Shown here: in pieces, positions 51,780 through 64,000 of the stretch
Position numbering within the stretch: position 1 is the first letter of the stretch
How the letters are laid out: the number at the start of each line of letters is the position of its first letter
NCBI RefSeq assembly: GCF_009914755.1
Contig: NC_060938.1
DNA length: 64,000 bases
Strand: one strand, 5' to 3'
Source: the human T2T-CHM13v2.0 reference genome, Homo sapiens
The notes under the pieces: generated by a model
Databases searched by the model: none
Seen by the model: only the letters and a program-made list of their open reading frames with translations
Told to the model about the DNA's origin: nothing
Position numbers and translations under genes: made by a program

Positions 51780-52105
51780 GTTGTTGTTTTTGTTTGTTTG
51801 TTTTTTTGTTGTTGTTTTTGTTTTTGAGATGAAGCCTTGGTCTGTCACCCAGGCTGGAGTGCAGTGGCACAATCTCCGCTCACTGCAACCTCCACCTCCA
51901 GGTTCAAGCGATTCTCCTTCCTCAGCCTCCTGAGTAGCTGGGACTACAGGCGTGTGCCACCACACCCAGCTAATCTTTTGTATTTTTAGTAGAGACAGGG
52001 TTTCACCATGTTGTCCAGGCTGGTCTTGATCTCCTGACCTCGTGATCTGCCCGCCTCGGCCTCCTAAAGTGCTGGGATTACAGGCATGAGCCACCACACC
52101 CGGCC
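51780..52105 (-). mobile_element. AluS inserted in the MSTA LTR
   Basis: GT-rich degenerate tail and full dimer. TSD ACCACACACT at 51770-51779 and 52108-52117. Confidence 0.93.
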
Positions 52106-53204
52106 CAACCACACACTTTTAAACCATCAGATCTAATAGGAACTCACTCGCTCATCACAAAAACAGTGAGGGGGAATCCACCCCCATAATCCAATAACCT
52201 CCCACCAGGCCCCTCCCCTGACACATGGGGATTACAGTTTGACATGAGATTTGGGTGGGGTTGCAGAGCCCAATCACATCAATTACTAATTATTAGAGAA
52301 ATGCATATCAAAACCACAATGAGATATCATACCATCAGAATGGCTATTATTTAAAAGTCAAAGAACAACAGATGCTAGTGAGGTTACAGAGAAGAGGGAA
52401 CAGTTATACACTGTTGGTAAGAATGCAAATTAGTTCAGCTACTGTGGAAAGCAGTGTGAAGATTTCTTAAAGAATTTAAAATAGAACTAGCATTTGACCC
52501 AACAAAATCCCACTATTGGGTATATATACAAAGCAAAATAAATTGTTCTCCCAAAAAGACATATGCACTTGTATGTTCATTGCAGCACTATTCACAATAG
52601 CAAAGACATGGAATCAACCAAGATGTTCATCAACAGTGGACTGGATCAACAAAATGTGATATATATATAATGGAATGCTATGCAATCATAAAAGGAACAA
52701 GATCATGTCCCTTGCAGCAACACATATGCCGCTGGAGGCCAGCATCCTTAGTGAACCAGCCCAGAACAGAAAACGAAATATCGCATGTTCTCACTTATAA
52801 GTAAGAGCTAAACTTTGAAGACACGTGGACACAAAGATGGGGAAAATAGAACCTGGGGACTTGAACAGGGAAGGTGGTGGGGGTGTTGGCAGGAATGCTA
52901 CCTTTCAGGTACTGTGCTCAGTACCTTAGTGATGGGATCATTTGTACACAAAGCCTCAGTGACATGCGAGTTACCTATGTAACAAACCTGCACATGTACC
53001 CCTGAACATAAAGTAAAAGTAGAAAAAAAATAAAAGACTGTGAATTAAGTTCTTGTTAAACACCAATAACTTTTTTCTAAGCTCTTTATATTCATGATTC
53101 CATTATGGTTATCCATTAGTTATTAACATTTATAAATTACCTTCCTTTAGGGTTCAGTCTAAGCAGTATACCACTATAAAGTTAACATTTCCAAACACTG
53201 ATCT

Positions 53205-53440
53205 GAAAGGCTAAACATCTGGACTCTGGAGTTCAACAGTTCTAAGCTTAAAACACGACTCCACTATTTGCTAGGTGTGCAGTCTTGAATAACTGATGTG
53301 GCCAATCTTCAGCCTAAATTTTTGCAAGCTATATCAGTGTGGATGTAGTAATGAGTAGACCACTTGGGGTTGTTGTGAGAGGTACAGTAAATGAGAACAT
53401 GCCTGCACATAATGTACTGAGTAAATATCAGTTAGTGTTT
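53205..53440 (+). mobile_element. MIR
   Basis: tggactctggagttcaacag; ctccactatttgctaggtgtg; gggttgttgtgagag. Confidence 0.55.
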
Positions 53441-54094
53441 ATGCAATGAGGGAGTCACTGCCTTGCCCAAAACTTCATTGCCTCAATTCATTCAAGAAAA
53501 TAACCTCCTTACTCTGGCATTTAAAGCTTTCCGCTATTCACTCCCTACCTCTCCAGCCTTTAAACTGATGATCCTTTGCAGAAACCCAGTGCTTCCTGTA
53601 AGCTGACCATTGTCCCACATACACACTGTCTGTCACCACACTCGGCCTTTGTCTGTTTCTCCCCTCCTCATATCCAGGTTCTTCAGGGCCCAGCCTGTTA
53701 GTGTTTGTGAAGCCATCCCCAGCAAATCCTCATCTTTAACATGACCAATATTTCTAAACTCCTGAAGTTTGACAGCTTTTGCTGCTCAATGGACCATACT
53801 CAGCAGTAGACAGTAGCTCAGGATGGATAATTCTGTCTGTGCTTGGTCCCCTGACCTTTGTGACTGTAGGGCTGTGCCTCATCCCTCTTGCTGTGCCCCA
53901 TGCCTAGCCCCCTGCCAGGGACATGCTTTCTTCTTGATGGAAAAACATACCTAACTTAGCTTCTTGATCTTTTTCAAGTTCATTTAAATATGTGTTTGTG
54001 TTTTTGTTTTTTTTCTTCCTTGATGATACTGATAACGTTCTCTACAGGAATAATGTTTATCCTATGAAACACTAATTATTTTCTTTCTTCTCAG

Positions 54095-54184
54095 GATGAA
54101 CTGGACCTCACAGACAAACACAGAGAAGCCATGTTTGCACTTCCAGCTGAGAAAAAATGGCAAATATACTGTAGCAAGAAAAAG
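54095..54184 (+). CDS. DAAM1: DAAM1 second coding exon, codons 62-91 (GBD region), 90 nt, phase 0/0
   Basis: Branch-like actaat (54071-54076), then ttttctttcttctcAG acceptor. Reads [30 protein letters not shown] in frame with the previous exon and has the formin GBD-type 'EKKWQ' motif. Donor AAG|GTAAGA. Too short for the ORF track. Confidence 0.97.
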
Positions 54185-54399
54185 GTAAGATTTTCATTGT
54201 GATTATGGTTAACTGGAAAATAATCATTGATTCCATTTGCTCTTCCATTTCACCACTAGAATTGGACAGCTCTTTGTAATATGAAAACCAGATTGAATGT
54301 GTTATGTTGTGGCTGTGGTGCTACATGTAGCCAGTGTCAATTCCCTGGATGTTGTTTTTGTCAGTACTTCATTGGGCTCTTTTCCACCTGTAACCATCA

Positions 54400-54850
54400 T
54401 TCATAATCATGTGTAACTGAAACCCAAAATAACGTTTGCTTACACAAGACAAATTCCCCCCAACCCTGCGCTTTACATACCAGTCTGTATACAGGTGGTC
54501 TAGAACCAGGTTTGGGGTCACAGCCCTCTAAAACCACCTTCTGACAACTTTCCATTTCATCATCTCTCTGGTGTAGCCCCATCCCATGCACCAAGGTGAC
54601 TCTCCAGCCCCTTCATGTTCCAAACCAGCGATGGAAGAAAGGAAAGGAAGCACAGGCTCCTCCACTCCCACTTTGAGGGACACATTCCTGGAGTTACATG
54701 GCTGACTCTCTCTCGTATCCCACTGCTGGTTGCATGGCCACATCCACTGAAAGGACTAAAGTCTTTATTCTGGGCAGTCACTTCCCATTTAAGATCTAGG
54801 GGTTCTATTACCTCAAGAGATGGGGAGAATGGATATAGGGGACAGTGAAA
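54400..54850. mobile_element. Old MaLR LTR, MLT1K/L-like
   Basis: catggccacatcca...gtctttattctgggcag...ggggttctattacc...ggggagaatggatatagggggaca. Confidence 0.5.
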
Positions 54851-57800
54851 CACCAAAGCTCTTCTTATTCCCTAGTATCTGTGGCACCAGGCATCACTCC
54901 ATGGTGACTGTATCTCCTGAAACAGAGTGCACTCTGCCAACTTTTAAACCCTGTAGCAGATTCTGAGGATATCCCTACACCCATTTTGGGGACTCATTCT
55001 GTTCATGGCCACCTTTTGCCACTTTCTCTTCTGTTCCAACAGAGATTTAAACCAGAATGGGGTAGTGGGAAGGTCAAGGCTAGCACCTAGCTCTCCATCA
55101 GGCAGTGGACACTTTGATGACTCACTCTCGACCCAGGGAAACAGGAACAAACTATACAATAATCCAATATTTTTTCAAGACACCACTGTCAGGGAAGCCT
55201 TTTACTAGGTGAAACCAATATGCAGCTTGGGACCTCCATTGGCCCATGTGGCATCTCTCAGCACATCTGCCCCCCTTTGCTATCTTGTGTAATTGCCCTG
55301 TGCCACTCTCCTGGGAGCATCTTACATTACTCAATAAAGGGACTCTCTCTAGCAGTGAGCCTATGTGAGTGGCTCTCCACCTGACTTTATGCCTCTGATG
55401 AAGAGGCACCATGTCTTATCCATCTTTGTAACGCCAGCATCTGATACTTTGAAATGAATGCATGATGACTGAATCACTGCATTGTCATTAGTGTTACACT
55501 GAATACTGTCAAAAAATTTAAAGCACATTAATTTTCCAGCTGGGCAATTTTAATTGGTAGAACTATGTGTCAGATTCAGTTCTGGTGGCCTTTTCTGAGA
55601 AATGTGGTCAGCCTTAACCCCTCAGTATGATCTCTGAGCCTCTATCAGATTATTTCCAAACTAAAGCCTTAAGAGTTCTTAATCCAGTAGTAACCAGTAA
55701 AATGTCATTGTGAAATAAATGTCTTCCTCTCCTCTTCTGCCATTTCTCTTTGTATACATTGAACCAACTAGAAAACCTCTTTTTTATTGAACTGATTGTC
55801 ATGGCTCAAGAAACAAATATAATACACTGAGAAGGAATTTTAAAATGGAATAAAATGTGCTCAGTTCTGAAACTGGTATTATATAGCCTTTGGAAACAAG
55901 GAAACTTTTCACACTGCCATCTTAAAAATCTGCTGCTAGAACCGAGAAAGAGAAATCCTCAAGTTGCGGGTATACACAGAGGACTTTGTCTATTTTGGCT
56001 CATCCTAGTGTAGATTCTTTCTGAAAATAAGGAAACAATACAAAGGAGGGATTGAGAATGTTCACTAGAGGAAAGAAAAGGGCAGGAAAATAGGAGCAGC
56101 TTACTGAAGGGAAAGTTTTCTTCTTTCCCAGATTTTACTACACCCTTGACAGCAATAGAAAGTTAATCATGGAAACTACTGCCCCTTAGATTAGAAAAGG
56201 CAAACCCTGGAGAATAGTAATGACCTCGGGCTTGCAGCTGCTGCTCATTTTTCAATTTCCACACCTATCGAATCCCCTTGAAAACCTCATCTCAAGTGTG
56301 CATGATGGGGGGTTTGCTTCTTGTAGGAGGATGGATATGGATGTGGTCACTGGCCTCAGAATCCCACTTTTTGACAGCTAGGCCTTTCTTATTAGTACCT
56401 GGCTGGATTGCACAGACCTTTGAGAATGCACTTCTCCTACTAGCTTCATTCCAACAGCTTGGCTTCCTTATATGACTTAGCAATCAGTGGGAAAGCCATT
56501 TTGACTCTTTAGGGAATCCCATGGGTTCTAGATTTGCCTCACTTTAAAATGGATGGTAGCATTGCTTCACCAAAGATTTTAATTTGAGCTTCTAACACTG
56601 TTAAAACTCTACTGTGCCTTTGGTCTGAAACTGAATTTTTGGTCACTGCAATAAATTGGGAAATACACAATGAATATGAGAACATGAAAACTGAACCAGG
56701 AGGAGGATATTATGTTTACCTCTCTTCAGAGAATGTAATTTCTTGAAGGACAGGTTGCCCATTCTCAGAATAGAGCCCCATAGTGGCCATCGTTAATATT
56801 AAGAACAGATTATTTTCCTTGGAACATCTCTCGCCTAGCCTTTTCAAATCAGGCTTATCACCAGCAAGCCAAGCCACATCCATTTCTCAGGCTGGAGGAA
56901 AGCTACACTCCCAGGGCTCTGTCACATTTCCCGTCTTTCAAGATTAGAATACAGGGCATTACAGACATTCTCACACATAGTAAAGTCATAGAGTAAGGGG
57001 CCACTGAAGCCAACCGAAACAGATGGCGTGAGTTGGTGAAAAGCAAACTTTCCATGTAAAAATGAACAGAAGTTGTGAAGGCCAATGAGCCTGGGACCTA
57101 CAGACAGGGCCAAGCTTGGCTCAGCCCAGTGTCTGTTTCCCTGTCCAACAGCGACTTGAGTCCCGGCAGCAGCTATCTGCTTATCAAGCTCAGTGTTCAT
57201 TTATGAAACTTCTCTATCTATATCTCTGGTTGAAAACCTATTTCCAGAGCCAAAATCAAAGCAGAAAATATTTCTCAGACTAAAACGATTCAAAAGAAGT
57301 TAATTGGAATTTTGTCTAATTGAGTAATCTTGGGGGAGCATAAGAGATGGATGTTGAGGCCTTGTTGAAAGTCCAAACAAATCTAAAACTTACCGGACTG
57401 GTTGGTCATCCTTGCTTTGTCATAGACAGCAATCCACTGTCATTTTTTTTTTTTTTTACTTTCATGAAAGGTCCAAAAAGGGTTCTGTTAGTTGTGATGG
57501 GGTATTTTCAAATAGGAAATGTTTGTGGTTCTTATCTTTAAAGGTAATTCCCTTTTTTAGTTCCAATCACAACATACTCTTTTGTTTAAATGAGGTTTTT
57601 CCCAGTCTCTAGCCAGAAACTGCATCTGTTAACAATCTCTTGGATTTTAAACTGAAGCTTTTTAAACAATGAACCATCTGACCACAAAAAGGCGTCTGGC
57701 CATGCTGTATTTGCTTATTGTTAACATGATTTTTAAATCCTGGGAACAGTAAGGAGTAAGTCTTCAGAGAGGAGAAAATAAAGTGGGTGTATACATGTAT

Positions 57801-60465
57801 TATGCTGACAGCAATCTTATCAGCACAGGAAGAAATCATCTTTAATTGCTGTTCTGCTCAGAAGCAAATGTACAAGTTGTGTCACTTAACCAGTCCTTAT
57901 TAGTATCCAGAAAAATACTTGTACCCCTTCTTGGGCTTCAGAGTTTGCCAAGTAAGTAAATGGGAATATAGACACTGCTAGCTGTGATGACAGCAGATAT
58001 TTGAGGCAAAGATCAGGATTTGATGATTGTGCCTAATTTTTCCTGCTTTGTTTCTGATCTCTAAAGCCAAGGCTTAAGTAAATGGTATTAGATTGTTCAT
58101 ATTACATTTCTGTATGTGTTGAGGTCTACTTTGGGGAAGGTGAATTTTTACTCTGCTGCTGAGTGTGTTTGATTCTAACTTAATTAAATCATTCAGTAAT
58201 CTTGCCTGTCATGGCTGCAGCTCAGCTATCATGATTTCTGCAAACTGCTGATCTGGTGCTAGGTACATACTGAAGACATCTAAGGAAAGTGGCTGGAAGT
58301 TCAGCTAGTACTTTTCATTTATTCCTTAATTTGGTTTGTATACCCTGATTGGATCAATTCCTGACTCTTCCCCACAAAAAGAAATTCGTCCACCACACGT
58401 ACAAAAAGATTAAAGTTGTATTGTGTGTGGCCATTGGGATGCAGTTCTTTCAGTTCCTGGAGAGCTGAAGCCCTCCTGTGTTTCCAGTGCTGGAGAGGCA
58501 GTAGCTTGATCAAAACACAGATTTACACAGATTTAAAGAAACACGTGTTAAAGTAGTGAAATTAAAGTCAAAAGAAACCATCCATTTTCTACACAAAGTA
58601 GCTGGAAAAGGAGGAGACGAGATGAGACATCGGTCTTCTAGTTCTTCCCAATATCTTTGTGAGAAAATGGGTAAACTGGGAAGGGAAGCAGTGGCTGGGC
58701 ACTGGGCCTGAAGATGTGAGAGGGAAGAGAAGTTAGATGTCTTCTTTCTTTTACTGTGGTTGATTAAATATACAGTAAAGTGAGCATTGGATTTCCAGGG
58801 ACCCACTTTGCTAGGTGTTAAGATTTGGGAGAGGGAACCAGTAAAAGTAAAAAAACTAGACTTCAGTGACAGTATTACTAGACTTCTTCAGAAGTACCTG
58901 GTTTAGTCTTCTGCAATTGAGTTTTCAACTCCAGTGATGGGTTCAAACTGGCATTTCTGCTCTTATGTGATAAGAGCTTACAGAAAGTGGCAGAAGTAGC
59001 AATGATTAGAAAGAAATTTGTCTGCCTTTCCTCCCTACCTCTCTAAAGGCTATATAAGGGAAGCACAGTAGCTGCAGGACAACCAGCTTTCTAGACTCTG
59101 CAGGCTCTGAAATTATCTGTCTTATCTACATAGTCCCTGGCATTGAGAGATGAGGATTTGTGTATAAGCCCAGATTGAAACAGTAAGAAATAACAAGCTT
59201 GGAGTATCTGGTGTTTCACTCACCAAAGCAATGCAGTTGGTGAAGGGCAAGGCAAGTTAGTGTGTGATTTGTTTGATGTGTATTGAGTATCTTCTCTGGG
59301 GCAGAGAAAACTAGACAGAGAATCTAGACTCTTGGTTAGATTCTGAGGATTAAAAAAATAAGCCAAATTTCTTGGAGTGGATGGTCCTGGTAGGAGAAGC
59401 AGATAGAATCAAATAGTAATCAAATGTTGTCATAAGCTCCATAAAAGGGTAAGCAGACAGGCTCTGGGGCACAGAGGAAGGAGAAACCAACCTCTAGGAG
59501 TGTGTGTGTTTGACTGAGACAACCATTCTTTTACCACTTTGACCCACCATTGGTTACAGCAGTGAGAGTTGATGTTGTGCTTTGATCCCGTGACCTAGAA
59601 ACTGGCTCCTTTTTCAACATTTGAGCTGTGTTCACATGCACTGTACACTTTCCTCTTTGATTTCTATTTTGTTTCTGTCCCTTTTGCCATTGCTTAAAAG
59701 GTCAAGTTTGGACGATTGACCAAATCTAGTCTTTACTAAACACAATTTGTAGAGCCTGTTAGGAAATCTGTAAAAGGCTTGAACTTTTGAACAATGAAGT
59801 CAGTGCAGGGGAAGACTAAAATAATTGAGGCTTGTTTAGTCTGAGAAAGAGAGAGTAAGATGGAAACTCCAACACTGGCTGATGTTCAGTGGATATGCTC
59901 CAGTGAAACTGTATTACTGGTCAAAATATTACCAAATGCCAGTTGGTCAACAGGAGCTGCCCCAAGCCCTCCCAGTAAAAACCACCCTGCCAATCTGGCC
60001 CTTCTCCCAAGGGCCCACCATTCTTCCCCCATGATTCTAGGACTGAAGGGCTAACTCCTGGCATGGCACAGCCAGGAACTTTGCTGCCCTGTTCCCACAT
60101 TGCATCACTGGTTCTTATTCATGGATGCCCTTGTTATACTGGTTGACCAACATTTTGAACATTGACCTGCAGATGTTTACCAAAGCCATTTGGTAACGTG
60201 TGTCCAGAGCTTGGAACATTCCTGTTCCAGAAAGTGATAAGAGATGCAGAAGAGGAATTATGTGCGAGAATGTTTTTGGCAATGTTGTCTCTAAAAGCCA
60301 ATGACTGTAAACAACTTAGAGGAGGATAGCTACACTATAGCCATAGTCATACTATGTATGCAGACAGCAGAGCATTTTGCAGCCAGTGAAAAGTCATGTT
60401 TCTAAAGAAATTTTAATGACATGGGAATCTGCTCAGTATGTAATGGCAAGATTTTTAAAAAGATA

Positions 60466-60807
60466 CAGTAGTCTCCTCCCCTCCCTCCGTGGTTTTGCTT
60501 TCCGTGGTTTCACTTATCTGCAGTCAACTGAGATCCAAAAATAAGTGACTACAGGACAATAAGATATTTTGACAAAGAGAGAGACCGCACTCACATAACT
60601 TATATTACAGTCTATTGTCATTATTGTTCTCTTTTATTATTACTGTTGATAATCTCTTACTGTGCCTAATTTATAAATTAAATTTTATCATAGGTATGTA
60701 TGTATGGAAAAACAGCGTATATAGGGTTCAGTACTATCCAATCTGAAGTTTCAGGCATCTACTGGGGGTCTTAGAATGTATCCCCCATAGATAAGGGGGG
60801 ACTACTG
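60466..60807 (+). mobile_element. MER44A (Tigger7-derived), inserted in an old L1ME-like fragment (~60240-60960)
   Basis: TA|CAGTAGTC...GATAAGGGGGGACTACTG|TG, 342 bp. Internal gtggttttgctttccgtggtttca. Confidence 0.9.
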
Positions 60808-62169
60808 TGTAAAACTTTGTAATTAGTATAATCAAATATCTGCCAAAGTGTATATAAAGAGGTAGGTGGACAGAAAAATAATTGTGAGCTTGGATTGTGG
60901 GTGATTCCAAATTTTATGAAGCATGTTATTCTCCCTCTTACCTTAAAATAGTTTTTTCTGGTTGCAAAAAATAAAATTGTTCTGTTTAAAAATTCATGCA
61001 ATGTATTTTATATTAGGTTTTAGCCAGAGAAGCGGGACCACTGGGACATGGTCTGTTTCTCTGTCTCAATGGTTGTGGTTCAGCTTAGCCAACTTGAACC
61101 TTACAAAGCCACCACATATTTCCATTAAAATTAGGAGGAAAAAATAAATATTTAAAATGCAGCCAGTGCTTGTGTTGTCAAGACAATGTTGGCATATTTT
61201 TTCTTTGTCCAGCTCAATCTCTCTCTCTCATTGTCTCTCACTTTTTACTCTTCCCCAGAGGGAGTAAAATAAAGATTAATCCATAAACCACCCAGTTTTT
61301 TTAAGCACCGTTTACCTGTTTAGGCAATGACTCTGAAAACATAGTGGCCCTGATGAGATGCCCTCGGTTTTCTGCCCAGAAACCCACTGAGGGCATGTTT
61401 CTCATTGTCCTTGCATTCCTAAATGCTATAATCTCAAAGCTAGTGATCCATTTCCTTTCTTTATTTCCTTTTTATTGCAAAAAAGTCAGCACTATTAAAA
61501 TGAACACCAAATTTTAGATTTGAAGTGTGAAATACTGTTCATTCAAAGATTCTCTGCCTCTGACAGTCAAATCAATGTTAGGTTATAGTCTAACAAAAGG
61601 CAATTGGTTTTTGAATATTTATTTGCCTCCTCTTCCTCTAATTCCTTTGTTTAATGATACCAGTGTTGGGTATTATTTTTGTTTTCCTGTCAGCTTTACC
61701 ACTTGGGTCATTCCAGCTGTGTCCCTACAACCACCCCTGCCTTGTGTATCCAGAATGGTCTTGTGCTCACAGTGTGCATTTTCATAAATGTTGCTTCTCG
61801 TAGATGCCCATTCTCCTTAACGAGGCAGCAGTAAGTAAATGTACTCATAGGTTGAACCAAAACATTAGCTGTCTTTTCTCTTTGGTGCTTGGAGAATTGA
61901 ATAAATCTGCAATATTGTGGACAAACTTTTGGAGCCATCTGTTGGGGTATAACATTCTGGTTCTGTAGAGTCCTCCTTAGGGATGGATCTTCTCCAAAAG
62001 CCTTTCAATCTAGGTATCTGCATGTAGCTTTCCTGAATTACGTTTGTTCCTCATAATTGTTCCAAACTATAGTATGATGTATGTGTAATACAATTTTTTC
62101 TAAGATAAATAGAAGCCAAATAAATACTTTGCATAGTTAAAAGCCATCTAAAAGGTAATCTTAGAAGGG

Positions 62170-62335
62170 AGGATACCATTTACTAGTTGTATGACCTGGG
62201 GCATGTTAACCTTTCTAATTTCTCGCTCCTCTGTAAAATGAGATTAACTTTATGGGGTTTTAGTGAAAATTAAATGTAATAATATGGTTTAGTACTTATC
62301 AGAGAGCTTGGAGGCATGGTAACATTAGCTGTTGT
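62170..62335 (+). mobile_element. MIR
   Basis: ccatttactagttgtatgacctggggcatgttaacctttct...ctgtaaaatgag. Confidence 0.65.
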
Positions 62336-63427
62336 CATAGTCAATGGTAACAATGGTGACTATGCTTGTAATAGTATGAACTGAGTTTCTGCTTGTTCAC
62401 CCATATGCTGACCTGGGATTAATCTCCATTTTCTTGAGTGATGTTGATGTCTGGTTTTCTCAGAACAATAGTGATAATTTCAAAAGTGTTGAACGGCAGG
62501 ATATTTCAGAGGCAGAAATACTAAGTTAGGAGGTTCTATTATAGATAAGGGAAGAGACTGAGAAAGTCACTATGCTCAGCACCAGAAGCTGGTAAAAGGA
62601 GGACTTATTTGGCAAAAGTTCTAGGGCAGTGGTGAACAAAATGCAGTCTGTTGGCTTCTGGGTGGGACCCTGGACCTGATTTCCAGAATTAAGGAACACC
62701 CTTAATTTATATTTGGGAAGTCTCTGGTCCAGAGAAAGTCAGCCTGCACTGCACTTTTTTTCCTCTTAGCCACGTGCCCTCCACAGTGCTTCAGCATGCT
62801 ACTGACCAGGTGTAGCCCATGGAGGAGCTCACACAAGTGGGTTTGCTTGGCAAGCAGTTGTCAACACCAACTGAAGTCAAGTCTGGAAAAGTGGGTATGT
62901 GTGAGTTTAGCCACTTTTTAAATAAAAATTAAATTCCTACTCTGCTGCCTAGAAAAGGTAGGTGGTTGATGAATATCTTAAGTTTTGAAATAAGAGTATT
63001 TTTTGATGAAAACATTGCTGCTGCTGTTGTTTGCAATGGGGGAAAATCCCTTTATAGGACCCAACACAAAGAGAATTCATTAAGTAAGCTAATTTTTACA
63101 AATAAGTAAGTTATTAGGTTGGAGTGAGCCAGATTTACAAATGCCCTGTTAAGCCACAAAATTTGCTCAAAGTTGCAGCATTGTAATTCAATAGAGCATT
63201 CTAGCTGTGTTATTTCTGAAGTGAACAAAACTTCAGTGATGGAAAGATAATAAAATAACGTTTCAGCACATTTGCAGATAATGTTATTATTAGAAGTCTT
63301 AAACCTAATTACCAGAGCAATCATTCTAGGTTCCAATAAGTTGACACTCTCAAAATTTCTAAAAGAAAAAACTAACCTCTGATAACTTTCCTCTCAAGTC
63401 ATGAGGTAAACTGTTGCTTTCTGTTTG

Positions 63428-63990
63428 ATTAATTTTTATTGTGAAAACGTTAAATATACAAAAAAGTACAGAATATAATAAATACCCATATTTAACAAAT
63501 GCTAATAACATTTTACCATATTCACCTCAGATTTTTTTTAAAAAAGAAATAAAACATAAATATAGTTGAAGCCCAAAGGTGACTGCTCTTCTGAAAGTGG
63601 TTTGTGTTTCTGTCTTTTACTTACCCATATATTTATAGCCTAACTCCATGCGCATTTATTCCTAAACAATATATACTGTTTCTCCATTTTAACTGGTTTA
63701 TAGTATTGCATTTTATGAACATGCCACAGTTTATTTTTATCCCCATTAGACCATGCTTATTTTCAGTTTTTCTTACTATTTAAAAAATATTGTGATGAAC
63801 ATGTTTGTGCATATGTTCAAGAGTTTATCTAGAATAGACACCTAGACATGTAGTTATTGAGTTGTTTGATATGAACATTTTCACCTTTAATTGCTCTTCA
63901 AAGTGGTTATAATAACTTATACCTGCAGTGAATTAGTTGTCAACCATGTGAAGATACTGTCTGAGGGAAGGAAACTAATTATCTCATTGC
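63428..63990 (-). mobile_element. Old L1M (MC/ME-like) 3' fragment
   Basis: tttttattgtgaaaacgttaaatatacaaaaaagtacagaata; tgtgatgaacatgtttgtgcatat; aaagtggttataataacttatacc. Confidence 0.65.
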
Positions 63991-64000
63991 TCGATCAATC

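Larger units (their letters stand above)
51544..52281 (-). mobile_element. MSTA-like MaLR solo LTR inserted into L1 ORF2
   Basis: tgtacta...aagaactacctgagactggg...ggcctcaggaaacttacaatcatggcagaagg...ccaatcacatca. TSD ATCAC/ATTAC (51539-51543, 52282-52286), and L1 text continues across the site. Confidence 0.9.
47377..53033 (+). mobile_element. Decayed LINE-1 (L1PA15/16-like), 5'-truncated within ORF1, with nested MSTA and Alu
   Basis: ORF1 remnant ~47377-48240. ORF2 runs from ~48297 with endonuclease motifs (CCLQETHL, ILGDFNT, DIYRTLHP, DHSGIK) and RT motifs ([58 protein letters not shown]), broken by many stops and frameshifts. 3' UTR ends acaaacctgcacatgtacccctgaac plus an A tail. Confidence 0.95.

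Noticed and set aside
51564-52112. Longest ORF in the track (182 aa, minus strand)
   Set aside because: A chimeric translation of Alu, microsatellite and MSTA LTR.

Overview
Primate (very probably human) genomic DNA from the 5' part of DAAM1 (Dishevelled-associated activator of morphogenesis 1, a Diaphanous-related formin), on the + strand. Only two coding exons are visible. The start-codon exon is 26337-26556 (CDS 26374-26556, MAPRKRGGRG...MFSELV). The next exon is 54095-54184 ([30 protein letters not shown]), and a 27,538-bp GT-AG intron separates them. The rest is intron filled with interspersed repeats: six Alu dimers plus a monomer, a 5.6-kb decayed sense L1 containing a nested MSTA LTR and Alu, older L1M pieces, THE1/MSTB/ERVL-type LTRs, MER44 and MER5 DNA transposons, L2 and MIR. 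Almost all ORFs in the track are spurious or repeat-derived. I find no convincing new gene or novel biological system. The best testable leads are: a sense THE1 LTR with an intact DUX4 motif and splice donor upstream of the ATG exon; inverted Alus flanking the ATG exon (possible translatable circRNA); a ~78-bp locally templated insertion with 8-bp flanking repeats; a (TG)24 tract next to a cryptic acceptor; a poison alternative acceptor before the second coding exon; and a near-perfect 82-bp tandem duplication. Repeat subfamily names are recognised by eye, and boundaries of old repeats are approximate.
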